Shown: piece by piece, positions 10,588-19,277 of the stretch
Layout: every line of letters begins with the position of its first letter
Position numbering within the stretch: position 1 is the first letter of the stretch
Source: a virus
Taxonomy: Duplodnaviria; Caudoviricetes
DNA length: 64,000 nucleotides
Virus record (IMG/VR): IMGVR_UViG_3300025924_000020
Coordinates: 30,963-94,962 of that record
Reading direction: 5' to 3' (one strand)
Position numbers and translations under genes: made by a program
The notes under the pieces: generated by a model
The model's input: the letters and a program-made list of their open reading frames with translations, nothing else
Told to the model about the DNA's origin: nothing
Databases searched by the model: none

Positions 10588-10798
10588 CTTTTTTAAATTT
10601 TAATGTTTCGTTATCCCTATGATCTAAATAGAATTGATCGTGTAGGTGAAAAGTTTCTTTCTGTCTCTGTAAAATAAGAGCACACCACCTCTGTACATCG
10701 GGGTCATCAGGATACTTATCTTTTAGATTATTTGCACAAGCATTTATAGTGTTAAGCTTGCCATTAGTATCATGAATCAGAGTGTCCAGAGTTATCAT
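10580..10798 (-). CDS. Hypothetical protein
   Basis: 72 aa ORF overlapping both neighbours in the operon. Confidence 0.6.
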   Translation of the reverse strand: MITLDTLIHDTNGKLNTINACANNLKDKYPDDPDVQRWCALILQRQKETFHLHDQFYLDHRDNETLKFKKDG

Positions 10799-11049
10799 AT
10801 TTTCTCAAATCTAGCTGGATAACACCATTGTATCTTATCTCCATCTGGTAATGTAGCTCCAGTTTCCCAGCAGCTAATACTACCAAAAGGAGATTCAATA
10901 CCGACATCTATATGGTCGTGCTCATTATGAGTTAAGACTTGTTTTACTTCATACTCTTTCTGAGTAAAAGTAGGACCATTCTGATTACCTTTAAGTGGAT
11001 TAGTGTTGATTACTCTAACTTTATCTCCAGGTTTTAATTCTGTTTTCAT
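10795..11049 (-). CDS. Hypothetical protein (SH3-like start LKPGDKVRV)
   Basis: 84 aa ORF with ATGA overlaps. Confidence 0.65.
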   Translation of the reverse strand: MKTELKPGDKVRVINTNPLKGNQNGPTFTQKEYEVKQVLTHNEHDHIDVGIESPFGSISCWETGATLPDGDKIQWCYPARFEKI

Positions 11050-11561
11050 GGTTTATAAAATACAACTGTTACTTTACAGTTTTTTAAATGTTCTTGAATC
11101 ATTTTCTTTACTATATTCCAATCTCCTCCTGCAAGATGACAACCAATCAAAGGGAGTCCAATATGTCTACCTTTAAAAACATGATTCATCTTCTTAAGAC
11201 ATAACTCAAGAGCTGCATAATCTAAATCCATCTTACCTACTTTTCTACCAGTAATGTCAAATTGAGTGTAGCAGTTGGTTATGATTAGAGTTTTACCTGA
11301 AGGTAAATTTATCCCTTTAGGGTGATAAACTTCTTTTTTATATATAATTCTAGGCTGATAGTCTATACTACCAAGCTTATTCATATCACCTTTGTACCCT
11401 TCTCTTTCAAGTTAGAATTTGTCAGCTCCAAACGCCTTAGCCATTTGAGGAGCTAATCCAGCTCCCATAATACACTGACAATTACAGCCATGAGCAATAA
11501 CATCAAACTTACCTTCTTTAGCTAGCACTATAAGGTCACCTTCTATTTCCTGGTAGTCCAT
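11046..11561 (-). pseudogene. Macrodomain (ADP-ribose binding/hydrolase) gene interrupted by an in-frame TAA at 11412-11414
   Basis: MDYQEIEGDL..IAHGCNCQCIMGAGLA..GADKF*LEREGYKGDMNKLG..NCYTQ..PLIGCHLAGGDW; both halves are in the same frame. Confidence 0.8.
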
Positions 11562-11950
11562 TTACAGTAAGTTTTGTAGGTCCAAACTCCAATCCAAGTC
11601 AATGGATTGTAAATAGATCCAAAGTAAATAAGTGATTCAGATACTACTTCTGCATCCCAATTGTTACGATAATGGCTGATTTTAGGAGGAATAATGAATA
11701 CGCCTAAACTTTCTTTGCTTTTTTTCCACATAGCTGCTCTTGTTAGTTCAGTATAGGCATGATACCCTTCAGAAATTCCACACGATCTTATACGTAATTG
11801 TACTTTATTGGTTGGCTTCCACTTAAGGTACCTAAAGTCTCGATAAGTAGGCCAAAAAGCTATAAGAGATCTAATACCGTGCTTATAAACCACGATAGGT
11901 TCTTCTGCTATTTTAGTAGTATCATTTTCACTTGCTAATCTGAAACACAT
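11543..11950 (-). CDS. Hypothetical phage protein
   Basis: 135 aa ORF, MCF..VYK..EGYHAY..FIIP pattern. Confidence 0.7.
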   Translation of the reverse strand: MCFRLASENDTTKIAEEPIVVYKHGIRSLIAFWPTYRDFRYLKWKPTNKVQLRIRSCGISEGYHAYTELTRAAMWKKSKESLGVFIIPPKISHYRNNWDAEVVSESLIYFGSIYNPLTWIGVWTYKTYCKWTTRK

Positions 11951-12051
11951 AAGTATGTATGATTAGATTGTACAAGCATGATATTAGCTAATATAGCATT
12001 GTAATCATGCAAATTAATTTTTCCTTTTATATTTTCCATAATGTTTTTAGT

Positions 12052-12453
12052 TTACCAATCAAATACTACAGGTACACCTTTCCAATAACCACAGTTATTG
12101 TCTCCTAGATCTTCTCCTACTGAAGTGCAAGCATATCTGGATAACTCCCGAGCTGCTTTATATTTTCTACTTCTATCAGTTAATGATTGTATCCACCAAC
12201 TGTCATATTTAATTGTTGGTACTGCATATCTTGGTATGCCCCTATAACAGACACATCCAGGTTGTTTAACAACAATACGCTTTGATTCATTAATATAAAT
12301 ATCTCCATAACAATCCCGTAGTTTAGTAAAACCGTGTCGCCGAAGCTTAGGAATTGAGATCTTACCTAATTTATCAATAAAGTCCTGTAGTCTATTTTCT
12401 TCTTTAGTTTTGTGTCTCTTAAACGCAATCCGTATTCTTTGTGCTGGTGTCAT
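12052..12453 (-). CDS. Minimal protein-kinase-like fold protein
   Basis: VVK, DLGDNNCG catalytic-loop-like motif and terminal VVFDW. Confidence 0.5.
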   Translation of the reverse strand: MTPAQRIRIAFKRHKTKEENRLQDFIDKLGKISIPKLRRHGFTKLRDCYGDIYINESKRIVVKQPGCVCYRGIPRYAVPTIKYDSWWIQSLTDRSRKYKAARELSRYACTSVGEDLGDNNCGYWKGVPVVFDW

Positions 12454-13061
12454 GGAATGTACAAGTTAGTTGGATTATTTTTGTGGATTTCATGCTCCTT
12501 GTGATGTGAGATTGTAAAACTTGCAAGGTTGAATGGTTGAGTAATAATATGCCAACCAGATTTTGATGGTAAGATAGCTAGCACCTTGTAATCTCTGTTA
12601 TTTATTTGCTTCTGCAGTGAAGTTATGAAATCTGCTACATCGTCAGCTGCTTTTCTATCAGGATTATCAATGTCAATTAACCACCTTTTATCAATCTCAG
12701 AATGATATTCACCACACACGGAATCGTAAGCTTTCCTAATACTATAGAAATCTCCATTAGACATTTGGTTGGCTATTTTCTGTAATACATGAAATCCAGC
12801 TTTCTGAAAGTTTCTAGGATTAAGGTTGATACTTACCCTAGCTTCAAACAATTGAGCTAGTTTGATCATTTCCTCTTTATGTATATCTAGCTTTTCTTGT
12901 GAAGTGATATAATAGGCTTTGATTAAGCGGGAGTTGTTATTACTTCCACCTAATCTTTCACCTTTATGGTCTTTCTTCCTTTGAAGAATCTGTACGAAAT
13001 AGAAACAGTCCTTATGAGGAAATTCAAGTAATGGTTTAATTAAATCAAAATTATCAACCAT
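12450..13061 (-). CDS. Conserved phage protein with AEP (primase-polymerase)-like motifs
   Basis: WLIDID (DxD) and SKSGWHII (sxxGxH) motifs. Confidence 0.55.
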   Translation of the reverse strand: MVDNFDLIKPLLEFPHKDCFYFVQILQRKKDHKGERLGGSNNNSRLIKAYYITSQEKLDIHKEEMIKLAQLFEARVSINLNPRNFQKAGFHVLQKIANQMSNGDFYSIRKAYDSVCGEYHSEIDKRWLIDIDNPDRKAADDVADFITSLQKQINNRDYKVLAILPSKSGWHIITQPFNLASFTISHHKEHEIHKNNPTNLYIP

Positions 13062-14577
13062 AACTAGCTAATCTATCTCTGATTTCCTGAAGAGTGGTAG
13101 TTTTCTCTAGCTTACCATCTTTAAAGACAGTTTGTAGCAGCCAAGTATTTTCTTGCTCCCAAGTACATTGATCTTGGACGAATAAATTACCATTTTCATG
13201 TTGACCTACTCGTAACAATCCTTTCTTACTTTTCTTAGTTCCATCATCAGTAATTGGGTCTTTGAAGATTTCTCTTCTTTCAGTCCATTGTGACGGTTCA
13301 AGTGCTTCAGGAGATCTGCCTTCAGGGTAGCCCGTCATTTCAACTTCTCCATATGTCGCTTTCATTGCGAAGCCAAAAGTATCCCTAGTATTGTGCTGAT
13401 AAGTATAAGAGCCAATCCCAAGTACAACATTCGTAGATGCAAATCCTTTTGCCTTAAGTCTTTCACATATTTGCCTCGCACAGTCAAGGGTGATAGAATC
13501 ACCGTAGATAGCACCAATATGAAAATCCAATTCTTTATATCCATATTCATTTATTTTTCCTCCAAACAAATCCCAGAGAAGTTCAATGACTCCTTTTCTT
13601 TCTGCTTCAGAAATAGCTTTACCGCCTTTATCATACCAGCCTATTGTATCTTTATGAAGATCATCTCTTCCACAAAGAATATCTACTGGATTGCCTGAAT
13701 CGGGTCTAATTACTAGTTTACCATCTCTTGCAAGAATTTGTTCTTTGATTTTAGGAAGTATTTCAGTTAGAACTTTCCAAAGATCCCAAGTATCACTAAC
13801 AATACTGAGAATTCCAGTAGGATAAAGCTTAAGCAGCCTGCTGAAAGTGTCAATTTCATTTTCTTTGATGCCCATACACATAACACTGTGCTCTGTAGCA
13901 GGAACACTTGCACCAATGAGTCCACTAGCACCATAAGACTGTTCAAGCTGGTAAATTGCTGGAATAGTATCAGTGCCTGTAAACGAGAGTAAATGACCCA
14001 TGCCAGAAAGAATACTAGACTCAATGCTAGACATTCCCCGCATAGAGAAATCGTGTCCTTGCCACGGTACAAAGTCCACAGATCCAGTGGTTTCCTTTGC
14101 ATATTTCGATAGTAATTTCTTGTATTCATAAGCAATTGTTGCTGAAGTGGTAGGTTGCCATAGCATTGCAGACATTAGTGTCTCAACGTAGTTAGTGAGC
14201 CAATAAAAATCAGGATGTGTATTCTTGATTGTGAGTAGTGGTACTCCAATAGGACACAGTGTTCCCTCGGGAAGAGCTTTAATTTCTAATGGTAGATAAC
14301 CTAGATCGTGTAAAGCTTCAATATGTTTACTATCCACATTGATATGTCTTTTATACTCTTCTATTACTTGTGTTTTGGGTAGTGCAAAGAAATGACGAGT
14401 AAATTTATCAGTTAGATACTGTAGAATGAAGTGCTGTACACCAAATACAACTACCTTATCTATTCCAGGAATCCTACTCTTTCTTGGAGTGAGGTTAGAA
14501 TAGATCAATGTTGTACCTTCTGGATACATCTTATGATGTTCTGTTTTGTAAAAATCCGTATATAGTAGTGGATTCAT
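13054..14577 (-). CDS. Nicotinamide phosphoribosyltransferase-like protein (NARP1 Namat-type)
   Basis: TDFYK, HDFSMRG, GTDT, ATEHS, SDTWD, IRPDSG, IYGDSIT, TRDTFGFAMKAT, KKSKKG motifs. Confidence 0.92.
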   Translation of the reverse strand: MNPLLYTDFYKTEHHKMYPEGTTLIYSNLTPRKSRIPGIDKVVVFGVQHFILQYLTDKFTRHFFALPKTQVIEEYKRHINVDSKHIEALHDLGYLPLEIKALPEGTLCPIGVPLLTIKNTHPDFYWLTNYVETLMSAMLWQPTTSATIAYEYKKLLSKYAKETTGSVDFVPWQGHDFSMRGMSSIESSILSGMGHLLSFTGTDTIPAIYQLEQSYGASGLIGASVPATEHSVMCMGIKENEIDTFSRLLKLYPTGILSIVSDTWDLWKVLTEILPKIKEQILARDGKLVIRPDSGNPVDILCGRDDLHKDTIGWYDKGGKAISEAERKGVIELLWDLFGGKINEYGYKELDFHIGAIYGDSITLDCARQICERLKAKGFASTNVVLGIGSYTYQHNTRDTFGFAMKATYGEVEMTGYPEGRSPEALEPSQWTERREIFKDPITDDGTKKSKKGLLRVGQHENGNLFVQDQCTWEQENTWLLQTVFKDGKLEKTTTLQEIRDRLASYG

Positions 14578-15401
14578 TATTCAAATACGTTAAATGTTGT
14601 TACTATGTTACTATTGTAATGTTCTTGAAATGAATTAGTAGTAAATACTCTAGTGAAGTACTTACCTAACTCATCAAATCCATTACTAAAAATACCGTGT
14701 GATACTGCTAAGAATAAATCTCCAGCATTTCTCTCTTTTAATTTCTTTGCTAGTTCAATAAATGTTCTACCTCCCATACATATATCATCCACGATAAGTA
14801 CTGGCCTTCCTTTGAAATCCTCTCTAGAAAGTTCAATAGAGTCGATATTACCTGTTGAAATAGATCTTGATTTATTAGCTGATACTACCTCTCTTTGCAT
14901 TGGTAATGCCTGAGCCAGCTTAAATATCTTCTTGTATGCTCCTGCATCTGGTGATAATAAAATAAGATTATCATCATTAGTTGCCCATCTTATTACGGTT
15001 TCTATGAATTTGTGATTTGTTTCTACACTCACTCCTTGTAGCAATGCTGGTGTTACGTCACTGTGTACATCAAAACAACGGTAATGGATTCTGGGGTTTC
15101 GCAGAATTTCAGTAATAGTCATTAGACTAAAACACTCTACTTCAGAAAAATCTCTATCAGCTTGTTGATACGGAAAATAGGGACAATGAACCGCAAATTT
15201 ATTTACTCCCATCTTAAAAAGTAGGTCTTTCACTATTAAGAAGAAAATTAAATTCTCAGTAGTATTCAGTCTTACCTGAACCGTTAACAGTTCATTTGGG
15301 ACAATCAGTGCTTTTAATTGAACATGTATCTCTCCTCCTGGAAATTTCCATGCTTTGTATTGTGGAGTTTCTGTAACTCCTGGTCTTAAATCTAATATCA
15401 T
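14577..15401 (-). CDS. Ribose-phosphate pyrophosphokinase-like protein (NARP1 Adps-type); start MILDLRP
   Basis: FPGGE, PYFPYQQADR, DVHS, SPDAGA, IVDDICMGGRTF, SHGIFS; stop overlaps the NAMPT start. Confidence 0.9.
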   Translation of the reverse strand: MILDLRPGVTETPQYKAWKFPGGEIHVQLKALIVPNELLTVQVRLNTTENLIFFLIVKDLLFKMGVNKFAVHCPYFPYQQADRDFSEVECFSLMTITEILRNPRIHYRCFDVHSDVTPALLQGVSVETNHKFIETVIRWATNDDNLILLSPDAGAYKKIFKLAQALPMQREVVSANKSRSISTGNIDSIELSREDFKGRPVLIVDDICMGGRTFIELAKKLKERNAGDLFLAVSHGIFSNGFDELGKYFTRVFTTNSFQEHYNSNIVTTFNVFE

Positions 15402-15411
15402 AATTTTTTGT

Positions 15412-15657
15412 TTATTGTGAACCCCAATCGAAAGCACTCGCAAATAGAGAGTCATCCTCTCTGTTATCGTCCCAATAGCTATTGCTTGACGAGTAAGTTT
15501 TGAAAGGTTTCTTGAGAGCTGCTACCTGTTTTTTAGTTAAGAATTTAGTTTTCTTATACCACTGTATTACACTTCTATGAAATAGACTTACTTTAGTGGG
15601 AAACTTAAAATCATATTTAAGTTCTATTTCTAGTTTCAAGTCATCTTCTACATTCAT
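15412..15657 (-). CDS. Hypothetical protein
   Basis: 81 aa ORF with an AT-rich leader, LTKKQVAAL motif. Confidence 0.6.
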   Translation of the reverse strand: MNVEDDLKLEIELKYDFKFPTKVSLFHRSVIQWYKKTKFLTKKQVAALKKPFKTYSSSNSYWDDNREDDSLFASAFDWGSQ

Positions 15658-15669
15658 AATTTAAAAATT

Positions 15670-15754
15670 TGAGCTTCGGGCTGGACTCGAACCAGCAATC
15701 TCCGTATAGGATAAGCCTACACTACATGGTATTTTACCATTAAACTACCTAAGC
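15670..15754 (-). tRNA. tRNA-like RNA with an aberrant, extended anticodon arm (pseudo-tRNA; identity undetermined)
   Basis: GCTTAGG/CCGAAGC acceptor stem, D loop AATGGT, perfect T arm GCTGG-TTCGAGT-CCAGC; 28-nt anticodon arm. Confidence 0.65.
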
Positions 15755-15786
15755 ATAGTCCCACTCACGCTCTTGTGGCAACTATT

Positions 15787-15965
15787 ATACAACATTTTTA
15801 TGGCCTTAATTTCAGCAAGCGACTTCTCTTAGTCTGAAGTAGTTGTATTAACTTTTAATAATTGAAAAAACTATTGCAGGTTATCATTCTGCATTGCTAC
15901 TCGTATGAGTAGATCTTGTCACATAGCATAGAGGTAAAACGTCAATTAAAACTCTATGGACAATT
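15787..15965 (-). ncRNA. Two putative stem-closed structured RNA modules next to the tRNA-like gene
   Basis: atacaac/gttgtat (15787-15848); aattg/caatt (15860-15965) enclosing tgcag/ctgca, ctactc/gagtag and catagag/ctctatg hairpins; no ORF. Confidence 0.4.
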
Positions 15966-15981
15966 AAAGGAAATAGTTTAG

Positions 15982-16128
15982 TTAGAAAATCTCGTTTCTT
16001 GTTAGTTTCTCTTCTAGAACTATGCACCAAGCTTTAATGTTTCTTCTTACTCTTGGTGAGTCTAGGTATTGTTGTAGAAGTTCGTCTGAGAAGAACTTCA
16101 CATCATAATGAATGAATCTCAGGTCCAT
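15982..16128 (-). CDS. Small hypothetical protein (48 aa, MDLRFIHYDV...)
   Basis: Manually translated ORF overlapping the 3' end of the upstream gene. Confidence 0.45.
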   Translation of the reverse strand: MDLRFIHYDVKFFSDELLQQYLDSPRVRRNIKAWCIVLEEKLTRNEIF

Positions 16129-16306
16129 CTTTGATTTCTTTTATGTTACTTCTAGCTACCAGCTTAAGTAACGATTTAGTTTGTTTGTTTACTTCCTTAG
16201 AATGAGTTATGAAGATAAAACCATCTATGTCTCTAGCTGGATACCACACATCTGCTTCATAATCTCCATGTTTCCCAGGTAGTTTTTTGATTAGTTTTAT
16301 TTGCAT
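16103..16306 (-). CDS. Hypothetical protein
   Basis: 67 aa ORF. Confidence 0.6.
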   Translation of the reverse strand: MQIKLIKKLPGKHGDYEADVWYPARDIDGFIFITHSKEVNKQTKSLLKLVARSNIKEIKDGPEIHSL

Positions 16307-16321
16307 AAGTTTGATTAAATG

Positions 16322-16348
16322 AAAAGGAGTGAAATAATCACTCCTTTA
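16322..16348. terminator. Intrinsic terminator
   Basis: aaaggagtga-aataa-tcactccttt hairpin with A/T tails. Confidence 0.65.
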
Positions 16349-16429
16349 ATGAAAACTATAGGTGGGGTACTCTCCCACAACCCCCTCAAGTATCGAGGAC
16401 TCTGTATTTTGGAGCTACTATAATTATAT

Positions 16430-16957
16430 CTATAATACTAGTCTGATCTTTTTTCGTATTTTGTGTATTCTATGGGCAAGTAATTGCCTATAAATATGTT
16501 GTTCTTCGGCTATCTCACCTTTGGGATACCCCTCTTCAAGCCTTTGTACAATTTGCTGTTCTTGATTGTTGAGAATAGATTTTAGCTTATCTTTTAATAG
16601 GAGATAATCCATCTCTATCTCTTGTGTGGGTTGACCTTTGTGTACATATTGCCATTCAAGCACATCTGGATCATGATCCTCATATACACTATGTCTGATT
16701 TTTGGGTAAATAATGCCCTTAAACATGTACTTACCGCTTCTTATTCTATTAAACCAAACTCTTTTTACTTTACCCAGTATAATTCCTTTATCCTGTTCAA
16801 ATAAATTAGTTCCGTGGTTCTTATGCCAACTAACATAAGCATCATGCACAACATCCCTATAATCATAAGCCATGTTGCTTAGCTTACATAAATAGAAGGC
16901 ATAACTACTAGCTTGCCAATATAGTTTATTGTTCATTATCCTGAACAACTTAGACAT
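16430..16957 (-). CDS. ECF-type sigma-70-like factor (likely start at 16936)
   Basis: Region 2-like DYRDVVHDAY; region 4 HTH LNNQEQQIV..EGYPKGEIAEE..HRIHKIRKKI. Confidence 0.65.
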   Translation of the reverse strand: MSKLFRIMNNKLYWQASSYAFYLCKLSNMAYDYRDVVHDAYVSWHKNHGTNLFEQDKGIILGKVKRVWFNRIRSGKYMFKGIIYPKIRHSVYEDHDPDVLEWQYVHKGQPTQEIEMDYLLLKDKLKSILNNQEQQIVQRLEEGYPKGEIAEEQHIYRQLLAHRIHKIRKKIRLVL

Positions 16958-17280
16958 GTATCATCTTTGCTACTGATATCACAAGTAGGAGCAGTAGTAC
17001 TAGAAACATTGTTATTAGGACTCTCTTTTGGTGAAGTTTGGAGTACTCGTTCATGATTTATACTTAGGGGTTTACGATATTGTAGATTAGGACGATCTAA
17101 ATCAACAACAATTTTCTTGCCATCTATAATAAAATATTTTACGAATTCACTCTCATCTTCTAAATACCTTAACATAAACTCAAAATCCAAGTAACCTCTT
17201 TGCCTAGCTTCTCTTTCTTTAATAATTTCATCCGCTGGTTCACCAGTAATTGGGTTAATGAGTTGTTCTTTTTGTTGCAT
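16936..17280 (-). CDS. Hypothetical protein ending in an RNR-alpha-like CxxCSG tail
   Basis: 114 aa ORF ending TCDISSKDDTCLSCSG. Confidence 0.6.
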   Translation of the reverse strand: MQQKEQLINPITGEPADEIIKEREARQRGYLDFEFMLRYLEDESEFVKYFIIDGKKIVVDLDRPNLQYRKPLSINHERVLQTSPKESPNNNVSSTTAPTCDISSKDDTCLSCSG

Positions 17281-17290
17281 ATGTTTTTGT

Positions 17291-17842
17291 TTAATTTACT
17301 AATTCTGTAGACAAGATTAGCTCATAGAAGTTCTCTGGCCCTGGTATACTCGCCAGCTCAGCATCAGCTGGTAACCTGGTATCCAATTCAGCCTCCAACT
17401 TTTTTCTTAAGCCAATATCTTTATTTAATGCCATGAGTTCTCTAGCAGACGTCACACTCTTACCATCTCCAGTTGGATGTTTATACCTTAATCCTGATTT
17501 CTTCCTAATGACTTCTTTAGCATCTTCAGGAAACTTAGAATATTTACCCTCTCTAAATAATCTAAGTACAGGTTTGAACAAGTTAGGTATTTCGAATACT
17601 AGGAAATGATGATTATCCTTCTCAAAATTAAACCTAAAAGTAGGTAAAGCTTTGACAACAGAACTAGCTGATTGATTTAATTCAACTACTAGGTGTTTAT
17701 CATCATTATTGACATAGCTATTAACGAAATTACCTATACCAAAGTTTGAGGAATTTAATCCAATTAACGGTAGTATGTAATTACTGCATAAATTGATACT
17801 TCTCTTTTCCTGCATATAATCTTCATTATGAGAAGTAGGCAA
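17291..17842 (-). CDS. Conserved crAss-like hypothetical protein
   Basis: YILPLIG..FVNSY..FREGKYSKF pattern. Confidence 0.7.
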   Translation of the reverse strand: MPTSHNEDYMQEKRSINLCSNYILPLIGLNSSNFGIGNFVNSYVNNDDKHLVVELNQSASSVVKALPTFRFNFEKDNHHFLVFEIPNLFKPVLRLFREGKYSKFPEDAKEVIRKKSGLRYKHPTGDGKSVTSARELMALNKDIGLRKKLEAELDTRLPADAELASIPGPENFYELILSTELVN

Positions 17843-17881
17843 TATACAAAATTTAGTAAACTAAACAAAAAATCTTTCTTA

Positions 17882-18682
17882 TTAAGTAAATAATTCGCTC
17901 TTTATTTCTTCATTTTTAGGCACTTTTATGGGTTCTGGGATAATAAACCCTTCTTTTTTGTCTAAGATCTTGAGACTCACGTAGTTCTTATGATATTCTT
18001 CTAGAGCATTGTAAGTATTGTCGTAGTGAAGTAGATATGCAGAAAACACTAATTCAGCATATTCAACATCGAGATGATAGTTGATTTTTGTGAATAGATT
18101 GTCTGCGTACTTTTGACCTTTGCCTGGTAAACCTTTGATATTATCTCCAGACTGCCCAGCAATCATATCACTCCAGAATTTCCTATTTGCTTCAGTGTTA
18201 GACATAGTTACCCATTCTTTCTTTCTCCAGTTATAATGTGTCCCTTCAAGACCTAATAGATCGTTATCAATAGCACAGATAAAGGAATTAGGAAGAGCTA
18301 ATCTAGTGATGTTAACTGCATCATCTACTTCCATGTAGTCTACATAATGTGCTCCCCTATTAAGTAAAGTTAGCTGCACATCATTCCACCACCAAGGCTC
18401 TTCTTTATTACGATTACCTTTATAATCTGGGTTAACTTCTAATCTAGTTAGTGTGGTATTTATCCCTTTCATGTAACCAATCCAGTGTGTAGCTCCACTT
18501 TCTTCAAGAATCATCTTCAAGACTTTATCGGCATCTACTGCCATTTGTTCAAAGGTCTTCTCTTTATAGATAAACCTCTTCCCATCTTCAGTACGCCTAG
18601 GATTACCTTGTTCGTCTAACTCCTTCTCTGGATGAGCAATAGTATAACATACTGAATCTAAATCAATAATAGCAATCTTCAT
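17882..18682 (-). CDS. 5'-3' exonuclease / flap endonuclease (PolI/T7-type)
   Basis: IIDLD, YKGNR, EVDD, DNDL, GDNIKGLPGKG helix-3-turn-helix. Confidence 0.9.
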   Translation of the reverse strand: MKIAIIDLDSVCYTIAHPEKELDEQGNPRRTEDGKRFIYKEKTFEQMAVDADKVLKMILEESGATHWIGYMKGINTTLTRLEVNPDYKGNRNKEEPWWWNDVQLTLLNRGAHYVDYMEVDDAVNITRLALPNSFICAIDNDLLGLEGTHYNWRKKEWVTMSNTEANRKFWSDMIAGQSGDNIKGLPGKGQKYADNLFTKINYHLDVEYAELVFSAYLLHYDNTYNALEEYHKNYVSLKILDKKEGFIIPEPIKVPKNEEIKSELFT

Positions 18683-18876
18683 TTTACGTGTGATAGAATT
18701 TGTTCACAAATATACTCAAATGGTCCTATTTTTTTAAACCAATAGCGATCCTTCTCTTTCATACTATTGCAAGATTCTATTAGTCTCTTATGATCATCTT
18801 CAGTAGCTACTGTTATTGTAAATTCGTAAGGAGTAAATTGTCTTGGTGTTAGTTCTTTCTTTGTTACGTTAAGCAT
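18679..18876 (-). CDS. Hypothetical protein
   Basis: 65 aa ORF in operon. Confidence 0.6.
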   Translation of the reverse strand: MLNVTKKELTPRQFTPYEFTITVATEDDHKRLIESCNSMKEKDRYWFKKIGPFEYICEQILSHVK

Positions 18877-18879
18877 AGT

Positions 18880-19068
18880 CTAATCTGGGATTCCCTCATC
18901 TCCTTCTATTTCTAGAAATTCATCGACTTGTGTGGAAACTAGAAACTGCTCATCCCATCCTTTAGATGAGAAGAAGTAGGATAGTTCCTCATCTAGTTGA
19001 TCCATGTTAGTGTCATCTCCTATAATTACTTGTGCATCTATGTCTATTACTCTTTTCTTCTTTCCCAT
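18880..19068 (-). CDS. Small acidic hypothetical protein
   Basis: 62 aa ORF in operon. Confidence 0.6.
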   Translation of the reverse strand: MGKKKRVIDIDAQVIIGDDTNMDQLDEELSYFFSSKGWDEQFLVSTQVDEFLEIEGDEGIPD

Positions 19069-19277
19069 TAGTTGATGGTTATTTGGTTCTTTTTGACTGT
19101 TATCTTAGAGGCGAAACCTCTCATAATTAGCTTAGGTTGGGTTCGATTGTATTTAGTTTCACAAGGTACATTACAGTGTACGTGTGTCGTATTATAGCAC
19201 TTTCCTCTGAAATGTACACTCATCTTCTTCTCTCCGTGACGGAAATAGTGATAGAAAAAACGATAGGCTTTATTCAT
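19068..19277 (-). CDS. Small basic phage protein
   Basis: 69 aa, FFYHY..SVHFRGKC..CNVPCETK..QP. Confidence 0.65.
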   Translation of the reverse strand: MNKAYRFFYHYFRHGEKKMSVHFRGKCYNTTHVHCNVPCETKYNRTQPKLIMRGFASKITVKKNQITIN

